A DNA stretch of 15,193 bases, taken from NCBI GenBank assembly GCA_037481775.1, contig JBBFKZ010000029.1:1-15193 (forward strand). The letters run 5' to 3'. Positions 13,415 to 15,193 of the stretch are shown here, one piece after another (within the stretch, counting starts at the first letter, position 1; each line of letters opens with the position of its first letter). The translations under genes and the position numbers were made by a program. The DNA comes from Candidatus Bathyarchaeia archaeon. GTDB lineage: Archaea; Thermoproteota; Bathyarchaeia; Bathyarchaeales; Bathycorpusculaceae. The notes under the pieces were generated by a model. It did no database searches, was not told the DNA's origin, and saw nothing but the letters and a program-made list of their open reading frames with translations.

Positions 13415-14871
13415 AGCTCTACAAGAAAGAAGGCAACGTCCTCCATATACTAAGCTTCCCGAATGAAAACGTGGAGAAAGGCGACTACCTCCTCGTTGAA
13501 GATCAGGACGCTGGGAAAGCCCTAATCGCACAAGTCATCGACGTGCAATTTGCCTGCATACCTGGTGTGCTCGAAGAGTTACTACGTACATTACCAGACG
13601 GTGGCGAACCAATTCAAGGCGAAGATATAGATCCGTTGGAAATCGCTCCGCACATCACTTACATTCAAGACGCTAGTTTGCTTATTTGCAAGATACGTGC
13701 AACATTGGAGAATGGCATGCTTAGCCCGAGCAGCAGCTGGCTTCCCAGCCGTTCACAATCCACCATCAAAAAACTCTCTATTCCAATGCTAATGAAGCTC
13801 GCAAACGTAAATGGGAAACTGCCGATAACGCTCGGCAGCACCAAGGACGCCGCGCTTCTCACAATAGACGCTTCAGCCATAGACGGCACGCTAAACATTA
13901 TCACGGGCAAGAAAGGCTGTGGCAAATCACACTTGTCTAAGCTCTTGATGGTTAGCCTCGTAGGATACAAAGCAACAGTTGTCGTTTTCGACCTCAACGG
14001 TGAATATACCAGCCTAGGCTTGACGGCAGATGGAAAAAGAAACATTCACTACGACAAGATTCACACGTTAACGCCGGCGCAGAACTTCAAAGTGGCCCTT
14101 GAGCAGCTACACTTGAACGTGGTAATGGGCATACTAACTCATGCACTTCATTTGCCAGGCACATCGGCACGCGAGTTCAGACGAATCTGGAAAAACCTAA
14201 AGGACAAAGGCTGCCTTACCTTGCATGAACTGGGCGAAGCCATAAGAAACCTAAACTGCAATCAGTATGTTCGCGACGCGCTATTATCACGCTATCATGC
14301 TCTCGTTAACTCTGGCTTCTTCACCGATAACCCTGCAGAAGCGACGCTGCTTGACGAGTGCCTGCTAAAGACTAACGAGCAAGGCGGCGCCATAATCATA
14401 AACCTGCGCAACACATCCACCATAGACCGTCAAATAGTTGTCGAATACATTTTAGGCAAACTAGTAGACGCCCTGCAAAGCTGGAAGCTCAAGGCAGTGT
14501 TCCTATTCGCCGAGGAAGCGCATCTCTATCTGCGCGAAACCTACTGGGACGATATTGTCACCCGCATGCGGCACTTCGGCATATTCACCACGTTCATAAC
14601 AAACCAGCCGGACACCATACGCGAAAACATCTACCGCCAGGCAGACAACATCTTCCTCTTCAACTTCACAAATGAGCACGATTTAGATGTGGTTTCCCGC
14701 GCCTCTCGCATAGACGCGGAAACAATTCGCTCCATTGCGCGGGATCTGCCGCCGCACCACTGCTTGACGCTTGGAAAAGTTGTAGGTGACTTTCCGATTG
14801 TTACGAGAATCCGGCCGTTAGATCTTAAAACTATGGGAGAAACACGCCTGTTTTTTAAAAATGTAAATTAG
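13411..14871 (+). CDS. herA: HerA/FtsK-family (DUF87) ATPase with N-terminal HAS-barrel-like region
   Basis: Walker A GKKGCGKS, VFDLNGEY, Walker B FLFAEEAH, and RMRHFGI..TFITNQP (Arg finger and Q sensor); translationally coupled to nurA. Confidence 0.85.
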   Translation: MKLYKKEGNVLHILSFPNENVEKGDYLLVEDQDAGKALIAQVIDVQFACIPGVLEELLRTLPDGGEPIQGEDIDPLEIAPHITYIQDASLLICKIRATLENGMLSPSSSWLPSRSQSTIKKLSIPMLMKLANVNGKLPITLGSTKDAALLTIDASAIDGTLNIITGKKGCGKSHLSKLLMVSLVGYKATVVVFDLNGEYTSLGLTADGKRNIHYDKIHTLTPAQNFKVALEQLHLNVVMGILTHALHLPGTSAREFRRIWKNLKDKGCLTLHELGEAIRNLNCNQYVRDALLSRYHALVNSGFFTDNPAEATLLDECLLKTNEQGGAIIINLRNTSTIDRQIVVEYILGKLVDALQSWKLKAVFLFAEEAHLYLRETYWDDIVTRMRHFGIFTTFITNQPDTIRENIYRQADNIFLFNFTNEHDLDVVSRASRIDAETIRSIARDLPPHHCLTLGKVVGDFPIVTRIRPLDLKTMGETRLFFKNVN

Positions 14872-15193
14872 GATTTTCCAGTTTTTGCCTGTTCTGCTTA
14901 AAGAAGCGGCGGAAAGATTCCGTTAAATCATATCGCTCTACTTCGCTTATAGGAACCCACCTCAGCTCAGCAGCGTCGCTTGCAGCTTTCAGCTCGCCAC
15001 CTTTAACAGTCACAAGGTAATCAAGTATTATGAAATGATATTTCACTGCGCCCTTCTCGTCTAAGCTGATGTAGTCAACAACGTCAACAAGCCGCGGCGA
15101 CGCCACATCTAAGCCCGTTTCTTCTTTCACCTCGCGGATTACAGCCTGCTCAACGGTTTCGCCCAGCTCTATCAAGCCGCCTGGAACAGCCCA
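14855..15193 (-). CDS. Nudix hydrolase (ADP-ribose pyrophosphatase/MutT-like); 5' end outside window
   Basis: The frame is open from the window edge: WAVPGGLIELGETVEQAVIREVKEETGL is the Nudix box GX5EX7REUXEEXGU. The 3' end overlaps herA by 17 bp. Confidence 0.93.
   Translation of the reverse strand, partial: WAVPGGLIELGETVEQAVIREVKEETGLDVASPRLVDVVDYISLDEKGAVKYHFIILDYLVTVKGGELKAASDAAELRWVPISEVERYDLTESFRRFFKQNRQKLENPNLHF

Noticed and set aside
1-15193. CRISPR array, tRNA/rRNA, transposase or integrase
   Set aside because: No regularly spaced repeats, cloverleaf, rRNA-like tract or recombinase motifs were seen by eye.

Overview
Archaeal chromosomal window. eL13 plus eL15, archaeal RNase P proteins, aEF-2 and a geranylgeranyl reductase point to the TACK group, plausibly Bathyarchaeia (inference). 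Left to right it holds: the 3' end of an Lrp/AsnC regulator; an HxlR-type regulator divergent from a ferredoxin-GGR pair (the ferredoxin is missing from the ORF track); a LeuA/homocitrate-synthase-family enzyme with Re-citrate-synthase-like features; the operon rpl15e-rpl13e-DUF54-rnp3-rnp2, with a structured leader; a stand-alone EF-2 with an atypical switch I; a P2C-like cation ATPase flanked by two long-hairpin elements; a small winged-helix gene divergent from a nurA-herA-like pair without mre11/rad50; and a partial Nudix hydrolase. The most striking unexplained signal is a sharp GT-rich to AC-rich strand-asymmetry switch centred on the palindrome-rich wHTH/nurA intergenic region (~12.28 kb). 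No CRISPR, tRNA, rRNA or transposase was seen. All family calls come from motif recognition, not database searches.
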